Part shown: positions 1-12,375 of the stretch, piece after piece | Layout of the letters: the number at the start of each line of letters is the position of its first letter | Numbering within the stretch: the stretch's first letter is position 1 | Assembly: GCA_964188305.1 (NCBI GenBank) | Contig: OZ076888.1 | Reading direction: 5' to 3' (one strand) | Source: Podarcis bocagei | Taxonomy: Eukaryota | Length of the DNA stretch: 64,000 nt | Position numbers and translations under genes: made by a program | The notes under the pieces: generated by a model | The model's input: the letters and a program-made list of their open reading frames with translations, nothing else | Databases searched by the model: none | What the model was told of the DNA's origin: nothing

Positions 1-490
1 CTAGGACTTCATTGCAAGTTAGTGTTGGAGTTCATAGTCTACGTGCAGCTTGGCCAGTGAGCAATTAGTGTTTTGACTACAGGCTAGGGAGACAGAGCAC
101 GGGAGAAATTTGCCTGGAGATAAGAGGACCAAGTAACAGCTCGGTGATTGGCTGAGGTCTCTCATATAGGCAGCATGACCTATGACATTGTTTCACTAGT
201 TAGGAGTAATCTGGAGTGCTTGGAGAGTGAGGAAGTTCATGCCTGTATATAGTAACTTGTATATAGCTTGCAAGTTTACTGCCATATATAATAAACTACA
301 AAATCAGTTACTAGTCGTCAGCTTTGTTCCTGATCGTCGTCCTGACTGAGCAGTCTCGATCATTGCCTAGGAAAAGCTGCACTACTCTGCTAAGTTGTGT
401 ATCATTGAAGAAGTTCAGAGGTGAAGAGACTGGTCCTAGTAGCATGCGAAAGGCCTTCAGAAAGTGCTAACAGGCTTCGAAGTTTTAACA
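1..490 (+). mobile_element. Probable LTR (5' end outside window)
   Basis: ATTGG at ~147, TATA-like CATATAG at ~163, AATAAA at ~290, and ...TAACA ends at 472 and 490. No TSD can be checked. Confidence 0.4.
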
Positions 491-620
491 GTTAGGTCTA
501 CTGATTTCAATAGAACTATTCTGACTACTACCTGATGATATTTGACAGAATTTGATATCTGATATTTAGAACTTTGACAGTATTTTATATCTGATGTAAA
601 AGGGTGTTTATTATCTTATT

Positions 621-1172
621 ATCCCGCTTGGACTACTGCAATGCTCTCTATATGGGGCTACCTTTGAAAGGTGACTTGGAAACTGCAATTAATCCAGAAT
701 GCAGCAGCTAGACTGGTGACGGGGAGCAGCTGCCAAGACCATATAACACAAGTCCTGAAAGACCTATATTGGCTCCCAGTATGTTTCTGAGCACAATTCA
801 AAGTGTTGGTGCTGACCTTTAAAGCCCTAAACAGCCTCGGCCCAGTATATCTGAAGGAGCGTCTCCACGCCCATTGTTTAGCCCAGACACTGAGGTCCAG
901 CTCCAAGGGCCTGCTGGCAGTTCACACACTGCGAGAAATGAAGCTACAGAGAACCAGGCAGAGGACCTTCTCAGTAGTGGTCCCCACCCTGTGAAATGCC
1001 CTTTCATCAGATGTTAAGGAGATGAGTAATTATATAACATTTAGGAAACATCTGAAGGCAGCCCTGTATAGGGAAGCTTTTTAAGGTTTAATGTTTTACT
1101 TTGTTTTTATATATGCTGGAAGCCACCTAGAGTGGCTGGGGCAACCCAGCCAGTTGGGCGGGGTACAAATAA

Positions 1173-1205
<33 letters not shown>
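621..1205 (+). mobile_element. L2 LINE 3' fragment with (TTG)n tail
   Basis: Translates, with a frameshift, to SRLDYCNALYMGLPLK..WKLQLIQNAAARLVT..HITQVLKDLYWLPV, the typical L2 ORF2 C-terminus. The 3'UTR is shared with the copies at 49826 and 51250. Confidence 0.9.
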
Positions 1206-1574
1206 AGACAATATCTGAAAGGTGACGTGTGACTATGTTTAGTTGTTTGACAGCCTGTGATAGATGACAGACACTGGGATTCAATGACACTTGACCTCCT
1301 GAAATTTCATACTTGAGGGCTTCCAAAATCAAAACAGTCAATAGATGCCAAAATTGCACAATCCTATCCATAGTGACTCAGATGTAGGTTGCATTGCATA
1401 TAATGGAGCTGGCTTCTAGGTTGAAGATTTCAGCCCAAAGTAGTCAAATTGAATTCTGAAGTTAAATTTCACATTAAAAATTACAAAGAGTTTGATGAGT
1501 CTTAAGACAAACAAGTTGTATTATGGCATATGCTAATATGGAGTAGAACCAGCTACATCAAATGCTAATGCCAC

Positions 1575-1655
1575 AAAAGAATTTGTTAATCTTTAAAGTG
1601 TCACAAGATTCATTGTTTTTGCCACAACAGACCTCACATGCCCACCTCTCTAGAA
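1575..1655 (+). mobile_element. Penelope-like terminal remnant
   Basis: ttgttaatctttaaagtgtcacaagattc...gccacaacagacctcacatgcccacctctctagaa resembles the squamate Penelope end (recalled from memory). Confidence 0.45.
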
Positions 1656-2835
1656 ATTGGTGGATTAAAAATTATACTTCTGAACACCAAAGGAAGAAAC
1701 CCCATCCTTAATGGGGTGGCCACCTAGATGATCCCATGATTGGGATGGGTTTGAATCTGCACTTCTGGAGGATGGATAAGGGCAGGAGTCATCTCCACCC
1801 TCAAGGACAATCTGCACCTTCCTCTAAGATGGAGATACCCAAGGTGGGCTATATCTCCCATCCACCCCATCCAGCATGGCCAATGGGAAGGGATTAATGG
1901 TCCTAAGTTAGTCATAGGTCTGCTCTGAGTGAAACATGTTGGCTACCTTTGTTCATACCCACCTCTCAGAATTTGCTTCCTGCATTCCTATTTAGTTTCC
2001 CCTGTGTTGACATGATTTAGATCTGAAAAGTTCTTGACGCTATCAGTTAGGTAGTTAGAACCAAAAGTACCACAGCTTGGATTTGCAGGAATCCATGCAC
2101 TTGGTAAATCCCACCAATTACAGCACAACTTATCACTGTCTGAATGCCTAGTCAGGCTCGTGACAACAAGTAATTACATCAGCTAGTATACTAATGATGT
2201 TACAAACACAGCTTTAAAAAGGTGCATATATGAGACTTGTGTCGGGTTGTCTCATTTTAATTCCTCTATTCCCTTAGGTTACTTCCCATCAATCAGTATT
2301 GGTCATCAAGTACAGGTAAATTCAGTTTCTGGAGTGAAGCCCAGAACATTCAACTCCAATCCTTCCTAACGAAAGAGTGTTAAAATACTTTACTGCACTA
2401 TTTATTTCTCAGGACTTTGAAGTAATTACTTGAGAAGACAAGATGATCTCATTATTCAGCTGACTCTATCTCTCACTTTATTTGCCCAGCTAACAATTTC
2501 TCTGCTTTATTTTCTCATTCATAATAATTGACCCGGCAAAGAATATGGCTATCTTAACTGACCTGGCACTTATCAGTGTCTTCTGAGAGAACTCTGGGGT
2601 AAAAAATGAGCAGTGTGGGTCCTTTAAAAGTATCTATTATGATGTGCTGAGATAATCTACACTTATTGGTGACTTCCTTTTAATCTCTCAGTTATGTTCT
2701 TTGAATTCAGGTGTCTATCTTTCATGCATCTCGTAGGCATCCCAAAAGAGGGCAAGTAGCTTTGACTACACTATGACTGGAAAATAAAACTTTTGATATA
2801 CTGCTTAATAGTCAGTTTTTACTACAATTTAAGGA

Positions 2836-2990
2836 AGGGCTATAGCTCAGTGGTAGAGCATCTGCCTTGCATGGATAACAGTTTAGATTCAATTCATGGC
2901 ATCAGATACAACCCATGGCATCTTCAAGTACAGCTGGGAAAACTTCCTTACCTGAACCCCTGGACAGCTGCTGCCAGTGAGTGTGGATAT
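2836..2990 (+). mobile_element. tRNA-derived SINE (Squam3-like), degenerate
   Basis: Box-A-type head gggctatagctcagtggtagagcatctgccttgcatg and body cccctggacagctgctgccagt. Homologous to the copies at 18279 and 60030. Confidence 0.75.
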
Positions 2991-3548
2991 CTCTGTATCT
3001 GCATAGTCATACGAACCATTTAGGTTAAAATACAGAGCATGAATAACAAAGAAGAAAAACATAGGCACTGCAGAATTTATCCAGTTCACCTGGGCATTTT
3101 ACACAGAAGAATGGCTCATCTCCATTCCTACTGCAATGCCATATAATAACTGGGCCAACGGCTTAATTTTTAATTTAATACCCTGATAGGTAGGGAATGC
3201 TACAACTGCCTTGGGTATAATAGAAATGAACAACTGCACAGGGGTGCTGCAATTTTCAAATTTAGGTGCATATTTAGATTATACACTCCATTTAGAATCA
3301 CATTGTAAGTGGATACTTAAATTATTTAATACGTTCCAATGTATTCCCCTTTAATGTCCAAATAAATTTTCTCCATTTTTTTTGGGGGGGGGGATTTCAA
3401 GTTTGACCATGTTTATGGTCAGTTAGCTTTTTTCACAATCACCTTAAAATGCTCCTAGCAGTTACTTTAAACCAAGTTGGGTTTGAGATAATATCACAAA
3501 AGCACCTGCATATAACAGCAGTTGTTATAAAATTGGGGGGGGGGGTCC

Positions 3549-4210
3549 CGTTAAAGTCCTGGATAGTGGATTTCCCCACTCCACCCCCTAATTTCTAGAG
3601 TTAGTAAATGTGGGTGATTGCTGGGTGCTTTAAGTATCCACCTGGGTGCAAGACAACTTAGCAATGTAGAAATGCAGACTGAATCAGCTTCCTGGCTGGG
3701 ACAAGAAGGTAATGGGTGATTGACACAAACAGTTACCCTGTGCTTGGCAGCAGAAGAATGTGAGCCCCTCCTCCCATGAGGGGATGGTGAGCTGAGACAA
3801 AGGCCAGGTTTAGGATTTCAGTGTTTGATTATAGAAGCTGGGAGCAGGGAGGGTGACAGGGTGACAGGGGGCATGATGTCACAAGGGAGGGAGGTGTCCA
3901 TTTAAAACAGGATTGCAGGAAGGGGGGATAACTCCATGCATGCTGTCTGAACCCAGGGAGCATGGCTGGCTTCTGCTCTGAACCCAAGCTTGTTGAAGCC
4001 ATGAGGGAAGCAACAAGAGACACTCTTGGGATGTAATGTTCTGCACTCCCTCCACCTTAACTTGGGTGTAAATATGTGTAAATAAACCATATTTCTTAAA
4101 GACACTACAGTCTCTGTCATGCCCCATTCCAAAGGGACACAAACCCTGGTTAAGTGCCAAGACCTTGGTTGGCAGAGATTGGAATCAATGTTGAAATTAA
4201 ACGATGAACA
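3549..4210 (+). mobile_element. Old solo-LTR-like repeat (family C, copy 1)
   Basis: Shares blocks with the reverse complement of 43329-43994: the (T/C)GTTAAAGT start, CAGGGGGCATGATGTCAC, AAATAAACCATA...CATTCCAAAGG and TTGGCAGAGATTGGA. Contains AATAAA at ~4081. No TSD found. Confidence 0.6.
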
Positions 4211-4561
4211 TCAAATTATTGGTGTGTCTTGGAGCTGAAGTCTTGTCTTAAACTGTGCTTTCAAGGAAGGTTTAGGGCACATACCATAACACAGCCAAGT
4301 TGCTCGTCTGTCCAATATGCATTTGAACACCTCTTCATATGCCATAAATGAATCCTATGTGACAGTTCCAGAGATCAAGGTATTCATCTATGTCTGGATA
4401 CAAATGGGCACCATTTTGATTCAAGGCGGTGGATGGAACCTTTTGAAATTGTGCCAAATTTAACCATTGCTTTCAAAACTGCATTTATTTGTTTGGTTTC
4501 TTGGAATTCCCAAGCAAAGGCAGATACAAGGGCTGCTACTTTTAAATAATTAACCATTCTC

Positions 4562-5703
4562 TTTTTTTTTTAAGAATAGTTTTTTATTAACCGACCACTC
4601 ACATCAAATCAAACCAAATTACATAAATTCCAAATTACACAGCCGAATTTTAAATTTTTGTTGGTGGTACCCATATTTCAAGTTCCGAAGGGATCCAATC
4701 AACTTCTTGCTTCTTACTGCTGTTTTAATGTCCACAAATCTAACCTTATGATGTTCACAGTACTATCCAGTCCTTTCTTATTATTTTCCACATCTCTTGT
4801 TGTTATTTTCATATATTTTTCCTTTCTCTTTGTGACCTCTGATAGTCTCCGCAAGCTGGTTAGAACAGTTTGTAATCCTGCGTGGATATTATTTTTTTTA
4901 TCCAGTAGCCATATCCAGACGTTTTCCATATAACATCACTTCCATACATCAAAAGAGTCTTAGCGTCATTAATCTTCACCAATCTGCCTCCTTTCTCAAA
5001 ACCTCTGAGGAGATTCACTAGGAATGCAGTCTGAAAACAAGTCCATGCTTCCTCCCAGCTATAAATCCTTTGGCAAGATGGCGACTCCGAATTAATTGCT
5101 GCGCCATTCCCAAAAGCTCTTATTGCTTCTCGGTCTCCATAAAGCATACTTTTGGTTAAAGTTTATCTCCACACAGACCTTAATCATCCTGCTTGGGTCA
5201 GTTCAACCGATGGTTCTAATGTGGAGGGGTTCTTGTAAATCACATAGAAGGAAAGTAAAAAAGGTCCCCCCCCATTCAGCCCCGTTGTCAACATACCCCG
5301 CCTTTGGTGTATCTTCATCGTAAAATATTCCTGTTTCTCCAGCCCGTCTTCTTCTTTCGCAGAGGTCACTTAAATTAGCAGACTTCACTCCCCTTCTTCA
5401 CTTGAAATATGTGCATTTGCTTCTTTTGTAATTAATTATTCCAAATTGCTGCAGCTAGTGCGCGATCAGAGACAGCGTCCAGGAGAGCCGAGGTCCACAC
5501 GGGGGCATTCTGCCTAGGGCCCTCACCCCCTTCTTTCGAATTAGGGGGTGATTTATGGGCACAGCAGGCAAGGGCAGTGTTCCCCATTTCCTTGGGGCAA
5601 CAAGGGAGGCTGCCTACTCCCATAACAGCCTCTTAATTACCCCGTGTGGGTCGGAGAGATGGTATTGTCGGCCATCTTCCAATGCGCCCCCTAGTGACCC
5701 CCC
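4562..5703 (-). mobile_element. Full-length 1.14-kb non-autonomous L1-dependent retroposon (HAL1-like)
   Basis: Perfect 18-bp TSD AAATAATTAACCATTCTC (4544-4561 / 5704-5721), polyA (4562-4571 as polyT) and AATAAA (4583-4588). The G-rich 5' end carries AAGATGGCCG (5669-5678). No RT or endonuclease coding. Confidence 0.85.
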
Positions 5704-8599
5704 AAATAATTAACCATTCTCAAGCAAAGATTAACCTTTGTGTCACCACAATTCAATAGTCCCTGTTACTGTGGCAGAGACTAGGCTATTCCAGTAGCAG
5801 CTACAGTGGCAACAATGGCAAAGAACTGCCTTGTATCATGGGAAGATCTGAAAAAGAATGGAACCAGTGTGGTATGAAAATCGGGAGCTTTAAAGCTAGG
5901 CTCCAATAATGTATGAGGAAGTTAATCTTTCACTTCCCGCTTCTGACAGGCTAGGTTATCATGTCTGTAAAACACATTATGGACCATTTTACCAACGCAC
6001 CAAACCACTGATGGCCTCTAAAAAGACACACTAGTAATAACAGAGATAGTGAATCTTTCCTGGCTTTCCCCCACCATTCCGTGTAATTCTTCTTTCTTGC
6101 TAGAGCATCACCTAGAAAATACTTATTACTTTTCTATACACTCATCTTCATCTTCTCTATCAGGCTCAGTTAGTGTATTTCTTCCAAGACGATCTCCGCT
6201 CAGACTTCAGATGAGGTTGCCTTATTACTCCGGCAAAGGGGGAGGCAGCTTTGTTCTGCAAAGCACATTAAGGACTATTTAGGTAGGGAAAGGGGACTGT
6301 TTCTGGATGGGAGGCAAAGGAACGGGAAATGCTGGAAGGCTGGACTCACTGAGATTATTTCTGCTATTAGGGAGTGCTGATAACCTCTTATTCAATTTTC
6401 TCATCTGCAAAGTGAGAAAGATAATGCATCTCCAACCCATCATAGCTGAAATCATTGTGTTCAAAAAAAGCACAAATAAAAGTACTGCTTGAAGAACAAG
6501 CACTGTTGTTCTGATTTTTTTTTATAAAAGCAAATGCATTCTGAAACTGTTAGTGCAAGGAATTATTATCTGAAAGGATAGGCCTAAAATTCAGAGGTAG
6601 ATCTGAATTCACTAAAGGACCTGGCATCACAACACTGGAATTCATTATATTGGGCTAGTGCTGATAGGTGTTCTGTTCCAGATCTGACATCTTCATCAAG
6701 ACTGATCCTACTGGCTATGTGACATAACACCAGGGACTCAGCTAGACTGGTGAAGAAAAAGCAATTTATATGCATTGTATATGCCATATAACGTGGTGCC
6801 ACCAGATCGTGATGTGGAGTCCCATTTTTCTCTACCTGTTTTCCCTTTTTAAATTTACAATGCTTTAAACTGAAATGCTTTTTTGATGTGTCTAGATCCA
6901 GCCCAGGATGCCAATGGCAGTAACAAGTGTACTGTTGTGGATGTTAGAGTTGTCCAGCGGAATCCCTGATCGGGACCTTGTATAGAAATAAATGAGCTTT
7001 CCACCCCAAGGATGAGTTTCAAAGCTTTACTTCAGAACAGTCTTAAAACTAGTTACATAAAGATAAACATTTCGAGAACAAAATACAAAGTGACACATTG
7101 CACTCAAGTAGCAGGCAATGTGGTTCAGTCCCTTGTGAAGTTCTAAGGTGTCCTGAGGATGAAGCAGAAGAAGAGAAGCCTCTTTCACAGGGGAAGAAAA
7201 CTTTTGAGACACTGGAGAACAGGTTTCAGCACAACTGCAGATTACAACATATTTTAAAGGATTAAAAGCTCTGATCGAGGTAGAGGGGGAAAGAGTTGAA
7301 TCAGATAGAAGAAACACTGAGATGTTGTCTACAAGAATTGCAAAGCTAGCATTGAGAGCCACAACAGTAAAGTTCTTTCTTTTCTAAAATATTAATTTTA
7401 GCGTTTGTAAATGCTAGCAAACAAATTGGAGCAGAGTTTAATGTTAGGTCTGGAGGACACAAATAAGTATAGCAGTAGTAGGCATCTTCATACGTTGCAC
7501 TGAACAGAAATACAAGCTGTTTTTTACACATGTACAAGTCTTTGTGTGAAGGAGTATATGTTCATTGATTTGTACAGCTCAGCGGGAAAGGTAGGGTATA
7601 AATAAATATGTAATATAAATAATAATGATTATTTCTGTGCACAGGTACACAGATTGTACACTTATTGAATATAGCATGTAATAATATATACATGTAGGAA
7701 TTAAAAGTTGCCAGAGCAAGCCTTTTTTATATATCCAAATAGAAAAATGTTGCCTATAGTTCTTTCCTATATTTACTAAATATATGAAATGTACAGAGAT
7801 ATTTTTTCTTAACCTCAAACCAGGCATTCACAAACCCATATATCTGAATAGACATCGCTGAAGTGAAGCCTCCAGTTCCATTTATGTTCTGAGATTAAAG
7901 TGATCCATTTTTCTCCAATTGTGATGAAATGTGAGAACACACTTTAAATTTAATTCATATTGTAAATCTTCCAGGGCTTCGGTTCATCTGTCAAATTAAT
8001 TTCGCTAGTCCCTGGTTTAAACCTGCAATTTTCTCCATAATGAATTGGTTAATACATCTGATTATACCATTCATTGATGATGCTTGATGTAGAAGTGTCA
8101 TTTTATGCCTAACTTAAACTTTTTCCCTGGGTCCAAATCAGCTGCATAACGTTCATGCATCTGCCATCCTATGCACTGACATTAAGAACAATTTCATCAG
8201 TTGCTCCTTATGTGCAAATAACACTCTTTCCCCTTATATCTAGACTGATGATTTCTAATTAATCCTATAGCAAGATAATGTAACAGCAATTTGGCATGAA
8301 TTGGATTGGCAGACAGAAAAAAGTGAAGTTAGGGGTGGGGAGAGAAACCCTTACAAGCATCCACAGTAGAGAAACTCATGTTGTCTTTTCCTAAGGGGCA
8401 AGGTACATGTGACAGACACTGCAGTCACATGAACAAAGCTCCAATAACCTCTTCTCCTTTGCAATGTGCTCAGGAGGGGTGGGTACAATTTCCATCAGAG
8501 AAAGGAACGGAAGGAAGGGAATGTTTAACCCATCCCCAGCCAGCTTCCGTTCAGTTGCTCTGAGAGTCCAGCTAGGGTCACAGCCACAGCATCCATATA

Positions 8600-8825
8600 C
8601 AGTGGTACCTCAGGTTACAGACGCTACAGGTTACAGACTCCACTAACCCAGAAATAGTACCTCAGGTTAAGAACTTTGCTTCAGGATGAGAACAGAAATT
8701 GCTTGGCAGTGGCGCAGCGGCAGCGGGAGGCCCCATTAGCTAAAGTGGTGCCTCAGGTTAAGAACAGTTTCAGGTTAAAAACGGACCTCCAGAATGAATT
8801 AAGTTCTTAACCCGAGGTACCACTG
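8600..8825. mobile_element. Tc1/mariner (Tigger/pogo-like) MITE
   Basis: TIRs CAGTGGTACCTC...GAGGTACCACTG flanked by TA on both sides. Confidence 0.9.
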
Positions 8826-8899
8826 TACTGTAAATCACCCTGTAATTTTCTGATGAAGGGCAGTACATAAATTTAATAAATAAAAATAAAAGAAAGAAC

Positions 8900-9068
8900 T
8901 TTTGTACCATTTAAACAGCCATGGTTTCCCCCAAATAATCTTGAGAAGGGGTGTGTTAAGGTGCTGGGATTTGTAGCTCTGTGAGGGGGTAAACTACAGT
9001 TCCCAGGATTCTTGGAGGGAAGCCATGAATGTTAAAGTGGTGTAAAATAGATGGTACAGATGTGACCT
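8900..9068. mobile_element. Palindromic MITE (partial)
   Basis: Contains aactacagttcccaggattctt...gaagccatg..gttaaagtgg, shared with 13990-14277, 15441-16316 and 61305-61465. Confidence 0.6.
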
Positions 9069-9904
9069 ACATGTTACTTTAACTATATGGCACACATCAG
9101 GTGACGTTTTTCTTCACTGCCTAGCATGAATGGATGGGTAGATTTCAGCTCATCAAGAGGAAAGGTTCAATCCTTCATTCCCCAGCCAAGAAATTCCCCT
9201 CCCTACATTACCATTTGATTTAGAAGGAAAAACTACCACCGGTGCCAATGAAATCTTCCACTTTTTCCCATGAGCCAATCTCGCAAACAAGATACTGGGC
9301 TAAACCTTGCCCAATATTTTGCTGCAATCTATGGGCCCAAGCGCCACTGGGCAAAGGCATCCCACACTTACTGGGCACAGAATGAGGCTTCCAGGAATGG
9401 CTATACTTGCTTTGTCTTACAGCAATGTTGACTCATGACTGCAATCCTTGGAAGCAAGAGCGACCGTTCCAACATGCCTTCCTTGCTAGTAATGGGGTTT
9501 ACAGCCTTACAGCCTGGGTCCTACAGACGTTTTCTCAGAAGCAAGTCCCACTAAATTCAGTGGCAAAGGGCTCTCGGGTTTTCAGCCCAAAGTTGCAACA
9601 CTAAGGCACAGTCCAACTATTAGTTAGGATGAACTAACACTATTGTGTTAGTTTTTCTGATTATCATGCTAGCACTGCTGAAACATTTTCTAATGTTTCT
9701 TTCACACTGTTGTGTCTGCTGTGTTATGGAACTGTGGGCTTTTGATCAATAAACCACCATGTTGTGCTAAATTTCATTCAGATCGGTAGACGTGGTGTGA
9801 CACAGTAATGAATGTCATTGAACAATTTTGTTACTCCCCCACTCTTTCCATGCATGTGTGCTTCTGTTCCCCCATGAAAAGCAGCAGGAAAGAATTCTAT
9901 GCCA

Positions 9905-10230
9905 GTAAAGGTAAAGGTAAAGGGACCCCTGACCATTAGGTCCAGTCGTGACCGACTCTGGGGTTGCGGCGCTCATCTCGCTTTATTGACTGAGGCAGCC
10001 AGCGTACAGCTTCTGGGTCATGTGGCCAGCATGACTAAGCCGCTTCTGGCAAACCAGAGCAGCACATGGAAATGCCGTTTACCTTCCCGCTGGAGTGGTA
10101 CCTATTTTGGCGTGCTTTCGAACTGCTAGGTTGGCAGGAGCTGGGACCGAGCAACGGGAGCTCACCCCGCTGACCTTCTGATCAGCAAGTCTTAGGCTCT
10201 GTGGTTTAACCCACAGCGCCACCCGCGTCC
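9905..10230 (-). mobile_element. Sauria SINE (Squam1)
   Basis: (ACCTTT)n tail seen as gtaaaggtaaaggtaaaggg, BovB-like 3' region and tRNA-derived head (ggacgcgggtggcgctgtgggttaaacc on minus). Confidence 0.92.
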
Positions 10231-11848
10231 TACAGCCCCAAATTTTGTCACTTTCCTCCTGCAATTTTCCAGGCTAAGGGGGGTGGAAGCAGATATGTTT
10301 TCCTGGAATCAAATAATATGGAAATGATCACTAGACATGCACTATGTCCCATTGGTTTTCCAGAAGTGGTTTTTAATGTTGTGTGAAAGCTGAAACATAA
10401 TGCAGAAATTAACAGTTAGGGAAACAGAATAAACTGCTGTGTGAACACAGCCTTAGAAAAAGGTTCCATGGAATTCACATCTGAGCAAAATATGCTTAGG
10501 CTCATGCTGCACGAGTATTAACTGTATCAAAATGTTCAAATAGTATTCTTCTTGGGACTAGTATAACATTAGGCTCTGAAAATCAGGGTGTCCAAATACC
10601 ATGTTGTGAATGTGGTTTATTGCTTGTAAAAAGCAAAATATGAGTTTACTGCAGAAGAGCCTTGCTTTTAAATAGAGCCTTTTCATTTTTTAATGATGAC
10701 TCAATTTTAAGCCGTGTGGAGGAATTAATGTCAAGACGTACATTTTCCTAATAGCAACCAACATTAAAGTGCATTGCAGAAAGTTGCCATATTGAGCTCT
10801 GCTAGGAGCAGCAATAATTAAAGAGAAGAAAGCACATCATGTCTCTGTGAGTTACAGCAGAATACTGCAGGAACTCATTATATCAATAATGAAGCAGCAG
10901 CTTCTTAACTAACTAAGTAATGGTAATCTACACGTGCAAGAAGACAGCAGAATATTCAAGGTTAGTAGGAAGCACAGCACCCCAGCCCACAAAAAAATGT
11001 CAATACCATCTCTTTTAAACCTTTATTTACATTCTGGGAAACTGCCTCCCCTGTAAATGCTGGTAATGAACAGAAGCTGATTAAACTGTACATTATGAAT
11101 ATTCATGAAATCACCTGGACTTTCATGTTAATTTTATTCCTTGGAATGTGACTGTCTGTGCATAACAAAGCATTTGTCTTTTGCCAAGAATGCTAAATGA
11201 GTTCACAATAGATGGGGGGGGGGAGATTTGCCTAAATCATGCTGCTAAGCTAAAAGGCAGAAAGAGAGGGGGCGGGAATCAAAATCTAAGCAGTCTAGAG
11301 GAACCCCACTTTTATTGTTTATTTGCTTCATTGATTTTGTTTTTAAAGTAAGCACCACTGCCATTTCTAAATTTATTTTGACATATATCTGTGGCTGAAT
11401 GTGATATATATTTTCTGTCCTGTTATTCAATTATTTTTTAATTGATTGACTCGCAAGCATGATAGTTAATCAGCTAATAACATTAACAGGAACTCAAATA
11501 AAGTGATGGTTTGGCAATATCTCATTTTTTAATTATTTAATAAAATTTACATTCTTCTTAATTGTAAACAAACAAACAAATAAAAAAAACCTAAAAGTGA
11601 TTTACAAAGTGAGGGAGGGGTAAACAAAACCCTGTTTATTTTCATGTACATATGAAAGCTTGTTTGGCAAGAGAGGCCACAGTTTCCATCTTCGAAGTCC
11701 TCTTCAAGTTATTTCCATAGAAAGGCTTTCAATCCAACTGAATGAAGCTAATGTCCTTGGCCTAGTTTGCTTGATGAAATAGCATTGTTGAATGACATCA
11801 TGGGGAGGGAATATCTCAGATTCATTGGTTGAATCTAGAGAGGCAGAG

Positions 11849-12375
11849 CAGCTAGGGTGCTACTAGCCCAAAGATGGAAAGGTGACAAGATACCAACAAA
11901 AGAAGAATGGCAAGAAAAACTGATGGAGTACACTGAAATGGCAAAGCTAACTGGAAAATTAAGAGAAAAAGACAACAGAGACTTTTTAAAAGATTGGGAA
12001 CCGTTTATGTTGTACTTACATAAACATTGTAAAGAAGCCGACTCACTAGCAGGGTTTGATTAAACACTTACAATTAAGAAAACAAGTATAAAAGTTAAGA
12101 TGCAATAATGAGAAAATAATACAGGGTAAGATGCATTTTGAAAAAATGGTACAAAAAGAATAAGAATATAAGAATATTTAAGTAAAAGATTACGAAATTA
12201 AGGTAGAATAAGACGGGCAGGAGAAGCAAATATTTAAAGAACCAGAAGAGGAAGTTGAGGGAAGTCATGGGAGGGGTGGGTGGGTGAGATTGGGATCCAT
12301 GTATTTTCTTTGTGATAATAATGATTGTGTTGAATATAAAATTGTAAAACTCAATAAAACTATTTTTTAAAAAAA
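11849..12375 (+). mobile_element. 5'-truncated L1 LINE
   Basis: ORF2 C-terminus (ARVLLAQRWK..IPTKEEWQEKLMEY.EMAKLT), AATAAA and polyA. Perfect 18-bp TSD GAATCTAGAGAGGCAGAG (11831-11848 / 12376-12393) after TT. Confidence 0.93.

Noticed and set aside
2278-2315. Plus-strand mini-exon candidates (also 23580-23623)
   Set aside because: Plausible splice signals, but the donors are imperfect, the peptides are unrecognisable and such hits are expected by chance.
2836-2910. tRNA genes (also 55324, 57081, 60070)
   Set aside because: Degenerate cloverleaves fused to SINE bodies or CR1 tails; these are SINE heads, not tRNA genes.
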